A stretch of DNA of 64,000 nucleotides from Lepidodermella squamata (Eukaryota; Animalia; Gastrotricha), in NCBI GenBank assembly GCA_047495785.1, contig JBLDXI010000017.1:1984001-2048000 (forward strand), written 5' to 3'. Both the position numbers and the translations under genes were made by a program. The notes under the pieces were generated by a model. The model made no database searches. It saw only the letters and a program-made list of their open reading frames with translations, and was not told the origin of the DNA. Shown one piece after another: positions 58,961 through 64,000 of the stretch. Positions within the stretch are counted from its first letter, which is position 1. Every line of letters begins with the position of its first letter.

Positions 58961-60029
58961 TTTATTTGGGCGTACTTATCGAAATCACACCGGCGAGTGT
59001 CAATCACCATTTATTAATCGGAATAAAATCTATCGTCGGGTGCAACGCTCCGGAATGAGAAAATCAGGTACCGAACTGGTCCCGTTACCGAGTTTGGCTA
59101 AGATTGAGTCGTCTAAGTTTACAATGAAAGACATCTAGCCCTACAACCCGCCGGCATGATTCGGCTTCCTGGCCTTGGGGACTTTAGTGTGAGACAAATT
59201 ATACTTGCGAGGGAGAATGACAGTCTACAGCCGTTCAAGGCCCCCGGACTGGGTTGCATCGGCAACATCTACAAGTGGGGTGGTGTGCCTCTTCAGGTCT
59301 CAGGCCACTACATAACATGTGTTTCGGAAGTCAGGTCGCGTTACCTGACTCGAAGGAAGCCGTGACCGTGCCCGTTCTAAGTCCGCCAAGCCGCGTGATG
59401 CCGTTGCCACACGGCGCCCTATTTCGTTACTCTCCGCCGACGGCAGAATTCTCGAGGCAATCATCATCCGCTGAGTGAGCCTGGTGCTGGAGGACCAACA
59501 TCTTTTGTCCATTACCCAGCACGCGTTTCGAGGGCGCATGCTCGTAGTGGATGTTCCTGTCCGGTCGTCGAATTGTGATTCCTGCCGTGCGTGCGGCAAA
59601 TTCGATCATCATCGAAATCTCTGGCTCAAAAGGCGCTGAGTGTCATTTTTTCACAAACTGGGTCACATTATGTGGCTTGTCTCAGTCGTCCACGGGCTAA
59701 CCGACACACATCTTGTATTTCTTAACCCGTCAATGCAATTCGTGCTCAGGGTTGGCCGCTCACTTCAGGTGATCGATCGTTCGATCTCAAATGGTGCCAT
59801 TTTTCAATCGTTTTGGTGTCAATCAGTTGGTTCGGTTCGAAATCGACTATGGCTGTGGGTTAAATTTGATTTGAAGTTTGGAAACAAATCCGGTTGTAGA
59901 CATCGGCTAAATCGATCTGACTGTAGCCATAACCGCCGCGCATTTTCTTTATTTACCTGGAATGGACGCAGCAATCACAGAAACGGGTCGCAACTTTTCA
60001 TCAAAATTTACCGGCTAAGGCGGCGATTG

Positions 60030-60390
60030 TTGCCATTGAGTCGACTTCATGGTGACCATACGATTAATATTCGTCCCAAAACGAATCGGTTAGTTGAGTT
60101 CTATCTTTCTCAAAATATTCGTGTATCCATCCTACGGGTTCGTTGTCTACGAAAGCAACCACTCTGCTCGATATCGACATTGCTAATTTTGGACGTCCTC
60201 ATGCTGCTGAACATTCTATACAGCGAACATGCTGTTGGTACTGACAGTTCAACCACTTTCACCCTCGGACGAGTTCCAGGAGTAGTGCGATGAGAAGAAA
60301 TTGTTCACCTAATCGGGGCGCCATATCACCCTGAAACGAATGGTCAAGCCGGGAAATTGTTGGAGAGTTTCAAGCAAAGTATGAAAATCC
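60030..60390 (+). mobile_element. Ty3/Gypsy integrase core remnant
   Basis: Frameshifted VGTDSSTTFT..EFQE...IVHLIGAPYHPETNGQAGKLLESFKQSMK, matching the integrase PYHPxSNGxAE motif. Confidence 0.75.
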
Positions 60391-61754
60391 CCCTCGTTCA
60401 AGCCGTTCGCAGGCTAAGTCTTAATCTTTTGCGTGAGCCAGTGGCGGTATTGTTCTTGGAATGATGTAGGAGTGCAGCCCAACTGAAATTTCGGCCTCCT
60501 AAATGCCGAGTTGGGTACTAAGTCACCACCGTTACCTTGGTTATTGACCGTTTTTAGATACAGGTAAGGGCGAGATTGATTTTTTTGCTCATTTGTGATT
60601 CGCTGAGTGGAAAGTGTAATCGGGGCTGAATTTTCCGGATCAACGTTAATGACTGTAAAGGTTGCGTTATCATTTTTTCGCGAGGTTCAATTTATTTAGT
60701 GAAGTTCTTACCCCAAATTATTTTTGATGTGAAAATTCACTATGCCGAAACCGCTGGCGCACTCCTTTTTCTAGAAAAAATTGCGAGGTGTGCCTTCCGT
60801 CATCACCGTCATCACCCGGGAATCACCCAGGAAATCGTGATCACTTTTTAGTGTCATCGAGTGATTCCGCCTGAATATTTACCTTTTTAGTCCAAGGTGT
60901 AAGTTCTCTCTGGGGCTTAGGCTGGGTATTTTTTTATCAGATTTCATAGGAAGGCCCATTCTAAAATCTCTCCGCTGGCTAACTGGAAAGAGGGCGATGC
61001 AGCCTTCGGAGATTACATAAATGCGGCAATTGTACCATTTGAATGTTAATCAGGAGATTAGATTTACAGCTCTATTTCTATTTAGGAGTAATTTTAGTGT
61101 TATTGCTACAAGCCTGAAACAGTGTTATTCGCTGTAAAAGCTGTAATATTCGCTTTTACCGTTTCTTCAAAGTGGATGGAAGATTTTGTGCCGCTGATTG
61201 CCACAAGGAAGAAAAACGGCCAATGACTGCCGCCGAGCGAGGCATCAAGTACGGGCAGTAAATCGGGCAGTAAATCCCTGACTGGCGCCTGCTTGGAAAA
61301 GCCCTATAAGACGCACCCAGCAGCCGGGAAAGCGATTGATAAGTCAAGAAGGCACTGTGGCATGATCGCTCTAAGCGGGTTTTTGTGATTAAGGAACTCA
61401 CGAGTCAAGAAAAAGTTCATTTACGCCTCTTCCCAAGCAAGCACGAACATCAGTGGAGGAATGGTATGAGCACAGCGGTGTTGTTCCGCAAATAATCAGC
61501 CGATGCCTGACAATGCCCGGGGTCAAAAGCTCGTAAGTTGCTTTTTGATTTGTAAAGGGCGGTTCACAAACTCGTGTGTAAAATACACATTCATGATTCA
61601 TCGCTCATTTTTTATGCGCAAAATTCATCTCTTGCAAAAAACCATTTGAAGCCATTTGAATCATGAACGATGAACGAAACCCGCTCACAAATTATTTGTC
61701 ATAATTCATGATTCAAATAGCGATTTTGTGTGTGTGCTACTCGAAAAAAACGAA

Positions 61755-61827
61755 GCCGCCACTGGGCATAGAACCCATGATGTTGGTTTCGCACGTTCAG
61801 TGCTTAACCACTATACCACTAGCGAGC
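61755..61827 (-). pseudogene. tRNA-like Pol III unit (degenerate; anticodon arm does not pair), copy 1
   Basis: Minus strand GCTCGCTAG TGGTATAGTGG TTAAGCAC ... TGGG-TTCTATG-CCCA GTGGCGG followed by a T-run: A-box, variant B-box and partial acceptor stem. Confidence 0.55.
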
Positions 61828-62253
61828 TTCGGATGATTGCGGGAGTTTCTGTCATTATCTTACATTTTTGCTGTTGACTTGCGCAATATCAAAACTTTAA
61901 AACTAGCGTTAATTCAATTTTCATAATTATTAATGACCACAATGACCGTTCTAACGCTAGCCATTACATTATACTTCGGATTCATAGCAATAGCTGATAT
62001 AATCGATATCCAAAAATAACTGAATCAACTAGTTTGAAACCCAAGGATTGACATTTCAGAAAATTGTATCAGTGTCGACTAATTAAAATAGGCCCGATCA
62101 GAGTGCTCTAGCCAAAGATGAAGGTCAAATGATTTTGATTTATTGAAATGGGTTTTGAAAATAATTGAATTATGAATTATTTCCAATAGCTCATAATATC
62201 AAAGTCAACAGCGAGAATATGAGATAATGGCGTAAAAGCCTCAATCATCAAAA

Positions 62254-62337
62254 GCTCACTGGTGGCATAGTGGGTTCAGCTCGAACTATCGTGCCCAGTG
62301 TCTTGGGTTCTGTGCCCTGCGGCCGCGATCCTTTTTT
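62254..62337 (+). pseudogene. tRNA-like Pol III unit, copy 2 (inverted paralog of 61755-61827)
   Basis: GCTCACTGG TGGCATAGTGG ... GGG-TTCTGTG-CCC ... followed by a T-run. Confidence 0.5.
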
Positions 62338-64000
62338 GACCATAATAGCGCACATAAAAAATGGCTAAACAGCTTCTTGAATTATCAATTATGACAAATA
62401 ATTTGTGAGCGGGTTTCGTAAATCGTTCATAATTCAAGTGAGCCTGCAAAAAATGGTCTACCGACCTTATCTTCCCGACGGTTGCGCAAACCGGCTACTT
62501 TTGTTCACCGACTTTTTCACTCCGTCAATTCATTATCGAAAATTATTTATTCTTAAACATTTTCCAATCGACGCTTGCGCATTAACATTTCAATTAACAA
62601 TATTTATTTCATTTGCGACATTTTTGAACCGACAAAATTTACCCGGCATTATCGCCCCCGTCAGTCTTTTATCGACAATAGATCCCCGAAGGTTGTCAAG
62701 TAAATTTTCAACCAGCATTAGATTTCAACTTAAACCCCGTGGCAAATGAAAGCTAATGAGCTGAGTAAAGGGAGCATCAGACCGTTCGGTCATATTGCTT
62801 TTACCCACTGCCTCTGCGACCGTTCGTGGCGCCTGCATGACTGTTACTGGCAGCAAGTAATGGATCAAAGTTCTCGTCATGGGTCATCAAATGACGATTG
62901 GTCGAGTCAATTGGTCGCCTCAAATTCCAACATGTCGGCTGGAGTGTCGGAAAGCGTTGCAAAATTGAAAAGTTACCTCGGAAACCGTAGGTCTGAAATC
63001 ACGAAATTTAGACAGTTTGGTCACTTATAGATCAAATAATTTGGGCCCTGGGTCGCATTTTGGGTCCTAGGTATTCGACATGAAAGTTCTGCGATAGCGC
63101 TCATCCTTATACCAGTAAAAATCACCCCAAGAATTCATTTACCGACGCATCAACTTAGATACCAAAACTGATTGCATACTTTCGGTAGATGAATTCGGGT
63201 GATTTTTGAGCAAGAATTCAGATACATTTTGAAAATCCGTGAATTCGGATACTCCAAAGGCCCTAATTGAGGGAATTCACAAGCTAAAAGCCAACCCCAA
63301 TTAGGATGCTTTTTTCTGCTGTCGGCTGAATGTGGCCACAACGTGTTGCGAAGGTAGCTGAGGTTACTTCTTTGCATGTGGAGCAATTACCGACGATTTC
63401 GTCGGGCTAGTTCCCAAGACCCTGTTTGGCGCAACTGTTTGGCGATGAAAAATCATTTCGAATTGATAATTATTTTATCTAATGAACAACTGTCGGAGGG
63501 GAAATGTCGTATTGAATAAAATATGCAATTAAGAAATTGACGTTGAACAAAAGTCGGGGTGCAACTTTCAAATGAATAATAAGGATGAATATATTTTCCT
63601 TAATTTAAATATGTGCGGAAACGTCGAATGCGCAAAAGTAGCCGGTTTCAAAAAACGTCGGGAAGATATTGACGCTACACGCAAAAAATCTTTTGCATCA
63701 TTCATGTGGAAAACACGAATTTGTGAATCGCCCTCGAACTTGATTTCATTAAAATATCAGTAACTTTTTGAACAACAATCATGCGCATTATTTTGTTTAT
63801 ATTTTTTGGATTTCTGCTTCATCTCGAGAGATGCTTGAAATTGAAATTGAAGTTATAACGCCACAAGCACTTGAATTTAGAATCACCATTTCGAAGTAGG
63901 GGTTATTTCCAACCCAACATTTAACAGTATGTTTGACTTTTTCAATGATCTATTGCTTGTTCTTGGTTGTTAACAATCGAAATGTGTAAAAATTGAGTTT

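Larger units (their letters stand above)
61656..62437. repeat. Diverged inverted repeat; arms about 61656-61880 and 62202-62437
   Basis: Shared blocks in opposite orientation: AAGTCAACAGC, AGATAATG, CAATCATC, the tRNA-like unit, and AATTATGACAAATAATTTGTGAGCGGGTTTCGT. Confidence 0.85.

Noticed and set aside
59156-59620. KAPGLGCIGN (LINE RT-start-like) and endonuclease-like fragments
   Set aside because: Only isolated motifs, on conflicting strands; likely LINE debris, but boundaries and family cannot be supported.
59640-60293. 217-aa ORF as a gene
   Set aside because: No ATG start or domain; its 3' part overlaps frameshifted Gypsy integrase sequence.
1-64000. Prokaryotic features (CRISPR arrays, bacterial operons, TTG/GTG starts in the ORF track)
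   Set aside because: Spliceosomal introns, poly(A) signals and animal genes show that this is eukaryotic. No repeat-spacer array was seen, and the non-ATG ORF starts are artefacts of the track.

Overview
Eukaryotic (animal, probably protostome invertebrate) genomic DNA from a compact genome. The standard genetic code fits the conserved genes, and introns are very short: nearly all 49-60 nt, GT-AG, with one GC-AG. From left to right the window holds: (1) three secreted MAM-domain genes, one carrying a catalytically dead astacin domain plus CUB; (2) two paralogous short-tailed LRR membrane genes flanking an intronless rhodopsin-family GPCR; (3) two tandem divergent Cys-loop channel subunits on the minus strand with an anion-type PGR filter, a shared 10-nt micro-exon and different intron sets; (4) a MAM plus triple-astacin gene with one active and two dead protease domains; (5) a TE-rich interval with tRNA-Thr(CGT), an IRG/p47-like GTPase, a MULE-like element with an exact 10-bp TSD and a membrane-anchored His-rich protein; (6) a tightly packed minus-strand run of contactin, cystathionine gamma-lyase, RPS21 and ATF6, with an operon-like RPS21-ATF6 junction and a recurrent UUAAGGUGGAU intronic motif plus a complementary hairpin; (7) a right end made of retroelement debris and an inverted duplication of a tRNA-like unit. 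Gene models were spliced by eye; no database searches were run.
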